DNA of 64,000 bases from Gavia stellata. Taxonomy: Eukaryota. Shown piece by piece: positions 52,133-63,290 of the stretch. The DNA lies in the NCBI RefSeq assembly GCF_030936135.1, contig NC_082594.1, positions 19,522,879 to 19,586,878 of the forward strand, written 5' to 3'. Each line of letters opens with the position of its first letter. Position 1 is the stretch's first letter. The notes under the pieces were generated by a model that worked only from the letters and a program-made list of their open reading frames with translations, had not been told where the DNA came from and did not search any database. Position numbers and translations under genes: made by a program.

Positions 52133-52905
52133 ATCTCCAGAGTCAAATTTTACTCTGGATTTGCCCTGTGTAAGGTAGAACAGGGTAAGAAATTTTTATT
52201 TTAAACAATATATTTTTATTTTCATTTTGAACATACAAATGACAGTAAAATGATAATGTGCGTAATACAAGAAGACATACAGTTTTGCTTAAAAAGAGAA
52301 AAATGTCTCACTAACTCTGGAATTATTTCATTTCTTGTAATTTTGCTAAACAGGAAGTTTCTCCAGCTGTAGCTGATGTTTGTGCAAATGCTTTCCTAAG
52401 TGGGAGAGAATGAATCTTTTTCAACCAGAAAAAGAGGTTTCTTTTTAAAAAGAGGAGTGTTTTTTAAACTTTTAAATGCAATTAGTTTGTATCATGGTGT
52501 AGTAGCTGCATGGGTAATGGTGGTACGATTCTTAGTGAACATTATCCTCTCCAGGAACAATCGAGGTGCTTTATAACAACAGAGAAAGAAAGGATTCAAC
52601 ACAGAATTGAGTTGACTTCTGTAAACTGGAAAGAAATTTTTGCGCTCCAAAATCAGGTACAGCACCCCTAGTCTCTTTGTGCATTACTTAAAATATAGGT
52701 AGAAGGAAAAAATAGTTTCACTTCAATCCTGTCCTGAGATAAAGTAAAATACATTTATAAAATGTTTATGAACAGATTTTACAAGTGTATGATGACATCA
52801 GTCATACTATGTTTTATTGCTTTCACGGGCAACTCAGCAATGGATATGTAAGGAACAGTATAAAATCAGGGCCAACAGGTAGTAATACACCTCCAGAACC
52901 TTTTT
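52133..52905. repeat. Tandem duplication unit B (degenerate copy with ~870-bp internal deletion)
   Basis: Shares the unit-A 5' intronic flank, the acceptor and the first ~90 nt of exon 31, then jumps to the unit-A downstream intron. Estimated ~80-85% identity. Confidence 0.8.
52354..52440 (+). pseudogene. Decayed duplicate of the PARP4 exon-31 5' end (pseudo-exon)
   Basis: ttgctaaacag|GAAGTTTCTCCAGCTGTAGCTGATG... parallels ttactaaacag|GCATGTTGCCCAGCAGTAGATGAG.... It has an in-frame TGA after ~20 codons, and the remaining exon sequence is deleted. Confidence 0.7.
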
Positions 52906-53228
52906 ACAGCCTCCATCAGTTTGCAGCTTGGGGACTTCCTGGGACAAGTATAAGAACATATAGAGGAAGCTACATGGAAGAAGTGGATGCAAATAATGGA
53001 CATTATGCAAGAAAATAAAAAGTAGTTCAGTCTTGGGAGGATTGGACTGAGAGACGTTGCAGCAGGAACTTCCCCTGGACAGTCAGACCAATTGCTAGGG
53101 AAACTGAATGAAACCATACTGTCCAAGAATCCTGCAGGTAGGAGTCAGAGCAGGTAATGTTTAGCTTTGTTGTTTTGGAATGTCCCTTGCGGTGGGAGAA
53201 GTCCCTGTTCCACATAACCCATTGCCAG

Positions 53229-53303
53229 TTTGCTGAGCTTACCAACTTAAGGGGTGAGGTTGTGATCAACAATCAGATACTGTGGGTCGCACAGTCAATA
53301 TCT
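53229..53303 (+). CDS. PARP4: Candidate PARP4 exon 32 (FAELTNLRGEVVINNQILWVAQSIS)
   Basis: Acceptor cccattgccag and donor TCT|GTAAGT. Phase 0 to 0 is compatible with exon 31 (out 0) and exon 33 (in 0). Only weak similarity to the human segment before EDGFWKL. Other small exons may exist in 51405-54693. Confidence 0.3.
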
Positions 53304-54693
53304 GTAAGTAATAAACAGAAGGAAGTCTTCAAAAGTATTACATGATCCAAGTGAAGAAGCCACCATGGGATGCTCTCAGTGGAGACTCCTGTTGTTTATT
53401 GGCAGAGATTGGCCATTCAGCATGGTGATATATGGAATTCCCTTTTGCTGGGAATACATCCTGTACACTAGATTCAGTAAGTCTTCCAGATGCCGCAGCT
53501 TTGTGTTCCTTTGTGCAGCAGAATCCACCTAGTATTTGCATCTTCATAACTCTTTCTTGCTATTTTTTTAAATGTAATTTGTGTAATTAATGTGTAATTA
53601 ACTTTATTTTATGCATGAAGTTTGTATGTGAAAGTACTAAAGTATAGCCAACCTCAGCATCAAGAAGAGATATATTTTTCCTGTATTTTTGACAGGTCAC
53701 ATTTGTCAAATTGTTTCTAAACATTGAACCATTACCATATGCCACATGGATACAGTGGGAATTAGAGTAGTAGACTTGTGATTGACTCTTCTGGGAATTA
53801 ACTCCCGAAGTGCAGTTCACGATTTCTTCTTTTTCAGCAGAATTACCAATTGATGAATTTTAAAAAGAAAAGTTTCTCATGTTTTTTTATACTAATTAAA
53901 AATAATTTGCATAATTTGGATAATTACTATCTAAACATCCATATAAAATCATATATTATCTTCTAAATTACCTTAAATGAATGGTTATAAATTTGTGTCT
54001 ACAGTTACAGTTTTCTAAGACATAAAGTTGCAAGTACAGGTAGAGTTTCAAAAGTGTTTAATATTGAAGAATAAGTACTTGAACATCCTGTTGAAAGCCC
54101 GTCTCCCATCTGACCTGAGGGTAGCAAACCATTTGGCAGATAATTTTAATCATGAGTTGTCTAATTTTTGTCAGGGTAAGTCAGATAAAATAGGATTGGT
54201 TTTGTTAATACTGCATTTAACAACATATATAGTAAATGTAATAATTTTATAGAGACTTCGCATTCGCAGCAGAGGAGAGGGATCCTTTATTGTTTCTTTT
54301 GAGTAAGAGGAATGCTTATTTTTTAGCGCCTTTAAAAATAGTTTTCAGAAGGAATTTTTTTGAAATAAATTTGAAAAGGCCAGTGTTGTCATTGTGCATA
54401 CTTTATATGGGAGTGATTTCAAAATGACTTTGTTCTTACTGTTTAAGGGTTTTTTACAAGGTAGGCTAACTACAACATTCCAGGTCAATTACAGACATTT
54501 GATGGTATATCAAAGATTTTTGAAGTTTAATATTTGAATCACCTAAACTGATTATGTGGTTTTCAGTTTTTGTCTTTGTGTAAGATTTTTAAAAAATATT
54601 TAAGGTAATTCTCCTATGTCTTTTTCATTCTTGCCAAATACATTTTCAGCATTCTGAATCTTTGGCTTATCCATATCTTTGTTTATTCCATAG

Positions 54694-54796
54694 GATGGCT
54701 CTTGGAATCTCAGTCCACAGTTGGGAAAAATCTTGAAATTTGATGTTGATCATTTAATTAACAACTTCCTTATTAGAAAAGGCATTCAGTCACTTG
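54694..54796 (+). CDS. PARP4: PARP4 exon 33 (C-terminal MVP-interaction region)
   Basis: Acceptor tattccatag and donor CTTG|GTAAAT. Encodes DGSWNLSPQLGKILKFDVDHLINNFLIRKGIQSLG, matching human DGFWKLTPELGLILNLNTNGLHSFLKQKGIQSLG. Confidence 0.85.
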
Positions 54797-55673
54797 GTAA
54801 ATACTTTTCTGTCATTAAAAAGCAGTACATTGTATTATATTTCTTATCTGTGTGTGTTATTACTCTATACGTCTAGTGGAACTCTCAATAAGATATGCTC
54901 AGAATTTAAATGGATCTCTTAACTTAAAGTTTTCAAAAGTGCCTGATTTTAATAATACAGTTTCTTCTCAGCTTCACTCACCATATAGTGTCCTGATTGC
55001 TAAGCATATCTCTTGGAGAAATATATGGAGGATGTGAGATAGTTGGAGTAGCAACAGAGGTTCTTTTATCTAAATTACTGTATCTGCTATATTAATATCT
55101 GCTAAAGAAAAAAGGGGAAGAAAAGTCTCTCCTAGGAGAGAGGCAGAGATCACTTCTACTTTTCACATTTCAAATAATACTTATATAACTCTTCCCCACA
55201 CACACACACACTGTCTGCAGCGTTCAGTATGCACTCCGCCTATACACACTTTGCAGTTTAATTCTGTCAATTGGTGTTCTTTGCTGGCAGCAGACCAGAA
55301 AACTAGGGGGGGCAAAAAGGCAATTCCTTCTTTCTAAATTACTAGAGGGCGCAATGCTTCGTCAAAGGACAAAAATCTTACAAGTTTCCCTTTATTGCAT
55401 GTATTAAAAGCAAAGAAGATTTAAAACCAAGCAAACACAAACTGCAGAAATCCAAAGCAAGCATTACCAAGTTGAAGTTTGAAAGCCAGGAGCATGTTTG
55501 TCAAATCACTAATGTGAATACTTTTGATAGTAGTGATTGTATGGTGAAACAATTACATAGCATTAGGACAACTGATGTTTTAAAGTGATATGGAGTACTT
55601 TGCAGAAAGTACCTTTGCTGTTGTCAAGAAATCATTAAAATACTAATACCGCTTCCCTTTTCTTCTTCCTTAG

Positions 55674-55806
55674 GCCCAAATGGAAAAGAAAAGCTCCTGC
55701 AATTGATTGCTACTCTTCTTGTGCTACAGTTCATACGCTGCACAAAAGAATTGAAAGGGATAGTTTTCAAAACACTGATGAAACTGGATGATTCATCTAA
55801 TTCAAG
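55674..55806 (+). CDS. PARP4: PARP4 exon 34 (MVP-interaction region)
   Basis: Acceptor cttcttccttag and donor AAG|GTGTGC. Encodes PNGKEKLLQLIATLLVLQFIRCTKELKGIVFKTLMKLDDSS, matching human VKGRECLLDLIATMLVLQFIRTRLEKEGIVFKSLMKMDDPS. Confidence 0.9.
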
Positions 55807-56089
55807 GTGTGCTTTTAAATAAAATCTTGTAATTTAATGTAGTAATATAAACCTCAACATACAGAAGATTAATTTCGTTATGGAGAGTCAATGACTACTA
55901 CAGGGTATGGCTGTAGAAAAGGGAATGAAAGGTATTAATCATATTGGTGGCATGTGGTTTCTTTTAAGAGGATTGATGGAGGAAGGAATACTTTGCAAAA
56001 TGAGATAAAAAAAAAAAGGGAAGTATAGAAACTAGTAAAAGATATTTTATACTTCCTGTTAGAATTATTGAATAATTCAGGTTGGATAT

Positions 56090-56240
56090 GACCTCTGAAG
56101 GTCATCTCTTCCTTAAAGCACGGCCAAGTCAGATGGATATGTTGTTGAGGATCTTGTCCAGCTGAGTTTTAAGTATCTTTAAGGATGGAGATTCGTCAAC
56201 CTCAACTTTTTTAAGGGCAACCTTTTCCAGTGTTTAATAT
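56090..56240 (-). mobile_element. Old CR1 3' fragment (reverse orientation)
   Basis: The plus strand reads like the reverse complement of the CR1 3' consensus (gagttttaagtatctttaaggatggagattcgtcaacctc...ccttttccagtg versus ggttttgaatatctccagagaaggagactccacaacctc...cctgttccagtg). Confidence 0.55.
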
Positions 56241-57182
56241 CACTTATTTTAGAAATTAGTAAAAACTATTGGACTTCTCCTTCATGTAACTTATGCTTGT
56301 TGGCCCGCACCCTTTTTTAGGATTATATTTATAGCTTGGTGTTCTTCACAAGCATACACCATCAGATATTCTGGACAAGACTTTTGAAACTATTAGAGCG
56401 GATGATTCTTCACAGCACAACTTCCACCCTTGCCTTTAGCTGTGGGGAATGCTGGTACTGGCTCATTCTGAACCACCCCACCCCCACCACCCACCCCCAC
56501 TTCTGTACGTCCCAGTGCTCTATTATCTTTTGAATATAGGGTCCCTGTGTCTGGAAATTCCTTTTCTTTGGGGGTAAAGTGAACAATTATCAGCTGGCAA
56601 GTGTTTTGGTATAGAGGAAAGACAAAGGTCTTAAAAGAAGCATGAAGGCATCCAGTGAATCTGCATTGCCCCAGCCACCAACAGATTCTTTATGCCAAAA
56701 TGGGAAGCTTTACACACTTCATACTGTACAGGGCATGTAGGAACAGGATAAAGAAACAGCCAGGAGAGCCCTGGAAATCTTCTCTCTTTTGAAACTTCTC
56801 GACAGAGGGAAAAATTGGTTGTATGATTTTGGGTACTCTAGTCAGGAATCCAAATAAAATTGCATTGGCTGCTGGATGAAAGCAATTCTAACGTGAGTGT
56901 ACAAAGGAAGAGTCAAGTTTGCTTTCATGAAATGCATAGTACTTCACTGCGGTGATTGAAATAGTGCAAATAAATGCAAGTAATGATTATGAGTCTACAT
57001 ACTTCCCATGCGGAAGATTCTAAAAAGACAGGGCAGCTCATATGATGGAGTTTTCTGCATTAAGTGTTATTTTATACATAGAAAATTTTCAAACGATTAT
57101 CATTAGAATAAATCATTTTCTTCTAGCTCCTTTGGTGGATTTACAAGATTTTATTATAATAAAACTTAATTTCTACACACAG

Positions 57183-57333
57183 TGGTGTTCATTGGGCTTT
57201 TGAGTTGATCAAGAAAGCAGTAGAGTGGGTAAGAAGAGTTGAGAGGCGATTTCCATCTATTTGCTATCGACTTGAACTTGGGAAAGACTGGGATTCTGCC
57301 ACCAAGAAGATATTGGGTATCAAGTTTATCTAA
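57183..57333 (+). CDS. PARP4: PARP4 terminal coding exon (stop TAA 57331-57333)
   Basis: Acceptor ttctacacacag. Encodes ...WAFELIKKAVEWVRRVERRFPSICYRLELGKDWDSATKKILGIKFI*, matching human WAFEAIKQASEWVRRTEGQYPSICPRLELGNDWDSATKQLLGLQPI. Confidence 0.85.
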
Positions 57334-57775
57334 CATCAATTCTCTTTCTACTTAAAATACTTAATCACATAATTCTTTAAAATAATAGCAGAGTTAGCAT
57401 TCCTTGCAGTTTTACATAAAATGTTTACCTTGAGGACATTTGATCTTACATGATTACTGAATAATAATTCTCATAGTCACAGACTTAAAGGTATGGAAAT
57501 AAAGGGTCTTACAGTTACTAAATCTTGATTTTACATATATGTAGTATTTTACTTACCTGTAACTTAAAAATACCTTAATATTTCAATTTTTTACATTAAT
57601 CTCTTTGGTTCATTGCACATTATAAAAGTACTTTTATAATACCTTTGTTTTGATTTCTCCTAAAATCTTATGTACTTCTTTTTAACAGCATGGGAAAGAA
57701 AGCATAATGTAGTAATCCAGTTAAATATGGGAGGAGATGTTTTGACAGATACAAGAGTGTGATAAACAAAGAACT

Positions 57776-57781
57776 AATAAA
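57776..57781 (+). terminator. PARP4: Candidate PARP4 polyadenylation signal AATAAA
   Basis: First canonical AATAAA, ~445 nt after the stop codon. Other AATAAA hexamers further downstream (e.g. ~58752) are equally possible. Confidence 0.3.
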
Positions 57782-59279
57782 TATCTTCATAACATATCAG
57801 TGTTTTGGATGGTTTTATAATTCCTACAGTGTGCCTTGAAATGCAAACAGCAGTACAGTTATTGTTCTCCTGCACTGGTTTTGTTATTGGTCATAGGTCA
57901 ATTTGTGAATACACAGGTCAGTTTTGTTAGGAGGAATGAGTTCTCTCTTTTTTTTCTGCTGTTACTCTGTATTCTGATTTTATTCTGATGAAAACTAACT
58001 GCTTAGTTGTATTTTATACCGGACCAAACACTGAAGCCTAATAACAAAACCAGACTAAAAGTGATTTATTTTAATTTAATGGGCTTTTCACAGGTGTTTG
58101 AATGAACACATTACCTCTTCTAAATTAAGGAGCTGCACAGAATCACACTTTGGTACTTTGTGATCTGAGGAAATGTAGTGGGAGACTTAATACAGTAGCT
58201 TGCACTGAGGCAGGATCCAGTGTGTACAGAACATATGCCACACTTTTTTGTTCAACCACTGAAAATACTCAGAAGCAGGAGATTCCACAGCCACCATAGC
58301 TGATGTGTTACACTGCCCTAGCAAACAGAGAATGCTCCTTAGCAGTAATAGAAAAGTGTTGTAAGAGGTTACTAAGGAAAAGTGTGGAATCTCTTTCACA
58401 GAAGTTTTCACAAGAATTTAAGCCAACATCTGCCAAGGATGGAGTAGATACGCTTGATCTTGTAATGAAGGTTGCTAAGAGGGATATCCTGAAGTCCTTC
58501 AGTTTCTAAGGTGCTCTGAATTGTTTTCACTTGTGTAAGATACTGGCTTTTCTTAGTAAATAATACAAAGGAAAGGTTTGTACTACACTTACTATTTGAG
58601 AAGAGCTAGGATATGGGTTTCTTAAGATCTGGAAAGACTCTTTAATGTAGACAATGATAAACTAGCTTCTCAATCTGCTCTTAAGTCTTTGTATGGTCAA
58701 TTGCTGCATTACTTAGCGTTACCTTAGAAAGTAAGTGCTGGCAAAATTACGAATAAAATAAATTTATTTTTTCCTTCACTGCAGTTAATTATTCAAATAG
58801 TTTGGTGTTTGCACTGTTACAATGATACATCCTGTATGGGTATGTACAAAAAGTATACATTCATTCTAAAGCCTGAGTTTTATTTGAGTGCTGTGTGTTC
58901 TTTAAGGAACTGTTTCTGAGATACACTATAACACTCTGGCTCTAGCAAAGCCAGCTGAATAAGCAAATAGGGTGTGGTTTATTTGCTTTTTCTTACAAGA
59001 TTGCCTTTTTTTCTCCTGCATGTTATATAACAGTAGCTGCGCTTACCTATAGGCAATTACTTTAACGTGCAAAATACTATGAACTGTAAAAGGATTCTTT
59101 TTCCCCAGCGAGAAACCCCATTCCCCAGCAGGACCTGAGGTGTCCGTGTACATCCTTCCTGTGTTTCCCCAAAGCCCCATCCGGCTGGGGGCAAAGACTA
59201 CCTTTGTTCTGAGATATTCAGCATGCTCTGTCTTTATTTGGACAAGCCGGGCCCACCCGGGCACCGTATCTCCTTGGCA

Positions 59280-60560
59280 GAAAGGTCAACAGCGTGAATG
59301 TGCCTTTCGGTGCCTCCAGTCACCGGTAACCACCCCCCTTCTCCGGAGAAGGGCTACCGCGCCAGGCAGCGAAACCTCACACGGGGGCCGAGCGGGGGTT
59401 CGGTCACGCTTTCGAGGAAGGGGCCTGCGGGCCAACGTCCAGACAGGCAGCTCCGGCAACCACCCGGCGCTCGCCCCTCGCCGTAGTGCCGAGACCCGCG
59501 ACGGGCAGCACCGGCGGGCGACAGCGGAGCCTGGCAGGAACGGCCCGAGCGGGACGGCACCGGGCTTCCCGCTCCCGCCGCCCAGCTCTGCGGCGGGCAC
59601 CGAGCGGGGGGACAGCCCGCCCCGGGGCGAGCGGAGCCACCGCCTTCGGAGGGCGGGCCCGGCGGGAGCCCGCGGCCACCGGCAAGAGGCCGGGCCGCCC
59701 GCAACCCCCTCCGGACCCTGCTGGGGCCTCCTGCTGCCGCCCCCACCCATTGGCTGCCGCGGGCCGCCGCGCTGAGGGCACGAAGGCCTCCGGGCTCGGG
59801 GCCCCGCCCCTGTGCGTCATGGGCTAGTGGGGCGCCGATTGGCTGCGGCAGCTGCCTCGCTCCCTCCTCGGCCGGCGGTGGATGTCGCAGCCGCTTTTCA
59901 CCGTTGTCGTTTGAAATTCGGCCCAAAATGGCGGCGGCGGCCGGGAGCGGGGCTGAGGCGGCGGCGGCCAGGCTGGAGGGGGCGGAGGAAGAGGAGGAGA
60001 CGGCGGCCGCGGCGGAGGATGAGGAGGACGGGGAGGAAGACGGCAGTGGGGCTGGCAAGACAGCGGGCGCGGCGGCGGCAGCCGGCGGCGGCGGCGAGAG
60101 CGAGGAGGAGGAGGAGGAGGACGTGTTCGAGGTGGAGAAGATCCTTGACGTGAAGACCGAGGGGGTGAGTGCGCGGCGCCGCCGCCTGTCAGCGCGGCGC
60201 CCCCGGCAGCTCTCGTGGGGCTGCGGCGGGGCCCCCAGGACGGTGCGACGGCGGCGGGTCCCTCAGGGAGGCTGCTGCGCCGTGAGGCGGCGGGGCTGGC
60301 GGGCAGCCCGGCCGCCCCCAGATTGTGGCCGGCGGCTGCCCTGGGGTCGGGTTTCGCCCTGCGCCCCGACGAGGTGCACGGCAGCACGGGAGTCGGGAGC
60401 GGTTGTTGCCCGTGCGCTGGCAGCAGGGTGGGCCTGCGTGCGCCTGCTCGTCTCGTGCTTTTCCCTCGCTTTCTGTGCGCGCAAGGCTGTGCAGGCTGCG
60501 CAGGCAGAGACTGCTCTTCAGGCAGGTTTTCCTGCACGGTTCTTCTATACTTGGGCGAGA
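59280..60560. promoter_or_regulatory. MPHOSPH8: CpG island / MPHOSPH8 promoter and exon-1 region
   Basis: ~1.3 kb of GC- and CpG-rich sequence surrounding the MPHOSPH8 start codon. The many overlapping ORFs on both strands are GC artefacts. Confidence 0.75.
59928..60164 (+). CDS. MPHOSPH8: MPHOSPH8 exon 1 coding part (Ala/Glu-rich N-terminus plus chromodomain start EDVFEVEKILDVKTEG)
   Basis: ATG at 59928 within ORF 59904..60575. Donor GAGGG|GTGAGT at 60165. Encodes ...EDVFEVEKILDVKTEG, near-identical to human MPP8 EDVFEVEKILDMKTEG (chromodomain start). The poly-Ala/Glu N-terminus mirrors human MAAAAAAAAATEAGEAEDA. Confidence 0.85.
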
Positions 60561-62599
60561 ACTATACAAAAATAGTAGTTCCGTTATAATTGTAATTTAA
60601 AACACGTTGTGCATAATTTTGCAAGGAAGTTTTTTGTATCTTACAGTTTTGACTAAAGAGACTAAATCTGGAGTATCCTTACTAGGGTTTTTTTGTCTGC
60701 ATTGTTAAACTGGTCTTTGCTCTTATGGCTGAATCGCAGTAGTGTTTTGATTTAAAGTGTTTGAGTGCAGAAATGGGCAGGATTGAATATAATGGAGAAC
60801 TTGGAGGTGGTTTCAAAGTATGTTTAGTGAGACTATATTTACTGGTATATAAAATGTATAAAGACTTCTTAAGAGAGACTTCTTCCAATTGAAATAACTA
60901 GCTGTAGTCATCTTGGCCTTGTTTAGACAGAAATATCATACCTTCTCATCTTTCTTTGAAAGCAGCCTAGACTGGTTGAAGTTCTTCTAAAACTTCCTAA
61001 GCCTCAAATACAAAAAATAACTAACACAGCCTTTTTTTTTTTTTTTTAATGATTTTGTGTCTGAAAATTGTTTATTTTAACTAATTTATGGGTTTCATTT
61101 TAGGCTTCAGTCAGGTACGTGATAGTACAGAATTCTGCCTGTTTAGTGTAAAACAAGAGTTTTGAAACCCTTAGGTTGGAGAACCTTCAGAACAAGAATT
61201 TTTTAGATATTTGTGATGATATCATGATTGGACTGTGTCTTGGCTGAAATATCTTGATGACTTAAGAATGTTATGCTTTCAACGTAATACAGTATTTATA
61301 GCTTTACCTGTATGAAGTATTGGTCAAAATAATAAGTCAGGCATGAAAACAAGAGGACTCCTTTTTTTCTTTTTTCTTCCCCCTCCAGTGATGGAACCTA
61401 AAAACTGCATACTGGCAGTGGGGGAGGGAGTCATACATTCCAGACACTTATAAAGAGTACCAGAATACATCAAGTAACATCTCTTAAAAATGTCATTGGC
61501 ATGTGCTGGTAAAAAGGTGTGTTATGCCCCCTCTTTCTATCCTCCTCCTCCAAACAGCCCATTCTGCTGCAAGTTCTGAGCTGTATGCACTTGAGGTTTC
61601 CAGGCTGGGTCAGTGCAATTAGCTTTACTGTATACGTGTGCGTTACCTGGTATGTGTTGGTTGTAGCTTTGTAGCCTGGGCTCCAATTGCATCAGGTCAC
61701 CTTTCTGTTGCTCTTCAATGGGGGCCATGCTCCTGTGCAGGGCAATGCTCACACCCAGTCTCAACTTCTGAAATGGCTGCAAAAAGCTGTGTGTTACATT
61801 CAGTGGAGTATATTTTAGACTGCTTTGGACTAGTGGTTCCCAGCTTGCAGGTTCCCAAGTCTGGTACAAAGTCCAAGCAGATACACCGAGTTGACCACTG
61901 TCCAGCACAGCATAAGGCCAGTCAGTGTGTTCCTGTGTCACAGTTGCAGAAGTGGGAGAGCTGGAGGGCACCGCACAGAGAAGCTCTTGTCATTCGCAGT
62001 CCTGATGTTGCTGGAGCTGGTAGTAGTGGTAGCATGAGAGACAGCACCCCTGGGATGGGACTGGGCTGAGGAGTTAGACCTGCTGATAAATGAAACATTA
62101 ACATGGCCTACTTAAGAGAACAAGCAATAAAAGTTTGGAAATGTTTCCTCTCTATATAGAAAGCCTTTCATACTGCTCTACAATGATACTAAAACAATAG
62201 GCTCCAATACAAATCATGACATTCCCCAGTGGAAATGGGTAACCTTAACTCTGCTCTTTAATGACATGGTGATACCCCTTTCCATAGGAGTTGGTTCTAG
62301 CCCATCACTAGTTCTCGCAGAAGTTAGAGCAGTATAAAAATGGTTGGAAGTGTTCTGTTATTTGTAAATGGTAGGAAAGAAATAACAACGTTGAGTAAAA
62401 TAATGTTGACAGGTGAGTGTAAGGCTGTGTATTTATCTTTAGTATGATGATCAATTTCCTGTCTTCACTTAAGCTGCTTTTTTGTATCACTCTCTATGTA
62501 CTGGATGTAGAGTCATTCAACAGCCAAATAGTCTTACGTTTATAATAGACTATATTTTATAGAGCTTTCTCAATTATTTAAAAAAGGACTTCACATTCA

Positions 62600-63290
62600 T
62601 TATTTACCTGAGTTACAAGGGTGTAACAGTAACTCTGCAGCTAACTGAAGTCCTGCATCTGCAATGGCATAACCCTGTACCACCAGACAGGTGAGAGGCC
62701 AGCTGGCTAGGAAGCAGATTTGCGGGAAAGGAGCTGGGAGTCCCTACAGGCAAGTAAGTTGAACGTGAGTCAGCAGTTCTTGCAGCAAAGAAGGCCAACA
62801 GCATCCAAGAGTGTAGCCAGCAGATGGAGGGAAATGCTTCTTCCTCTCTTCTCGTCACTGCTGAGATTCATGCAGAGTACTGTGACAAGTTCTGAGCTCC
62901 CCAGGACAGAAAAGACATGGACAATCTGGAGTAGAGGGTTATGAACACAGTTTAGGGAGCTTGAGCACAAGAGACTGAGAGAACTAGGTTTGCTTTGCCG
63001 TAAGAAGAGAAGAATCAGGGGTGATCATAGTGGTATCTGTATCTACTTAATAGGAGGGTGTAGAGAGGACAGAGTCAGATCCTTCTCAGACGTGCACAGT
63101 GAAAGGATGAGAGAGGCAGTGGACACAAGCTGAAACACAGGGAAATCTGAATAGATACACTTGACTGAGCAGATTTCTGAGCCGCCTGATCTAGTTGGTC
63201 CTGCTTTGAGCAGGGCATTTTACTTGTTAGTTCTGGGGATCCCTTAAAACCTAAATTATTCTTTGACTGTAATAAGAAAGCTACTAGTCG
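62600..63290 (+). mobile_element. CR1 LINE 3' portion (ORF2 C-terminus plus 3'UTR)
   Basis: ORF 62720..62944 encodes a CR1 ORF2 C-terminal-like peptide (...SKSVASRWREMLLPLFSSLLRFMQSTVTSSELPRTEKTWTIWSRG). It is followed by the CR1 3'UTR motif gccgcctgatctagttggtcctgctttgagcagg. Confidence 0.75.

Noticed and set aside
52785-53018. 77-aa ORF (MYDDISHTMFYCFHGQ...)
   Set aside because: Lies across the end of the degenerate duplication unit B (intronic homology) and does not resemble PARP4.
54028-54185. Plus-strand ORF ending in a strong CAGG|GTAAGT donor (LNILLKARLPSDLRVANHLADNFNHELSNFCQG)
   Set aside because: Considered as a PARP4 exon. The donor leaves phase 1, whereas the next confirmed exon (54694) needs phase 0. 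It has no similarity to the human protein and no good acceptor without an upstream stop.
58303-58509. 68-aa intergenic ORF (MCYTALANRECSL...KSFSF) between PARP4 and MPHOSPH8
   Set aside because: Lys-rich with no recognisable homology and no splice or promoter context. An ORF of this size is expected by chance in 64 kb, and it is more likely part of the PARP4 3'UTR or intergenic DNA.
59140-60600. Multiple 100-240-aa ORFs on both strands in the second CpG island
   Set aside because: Same GC-richness artefact. Only the frame containing EDVFEVEKILDVKTEG followed by a GTGAGT donor is supported, as MPHOSPH8 exon 1.
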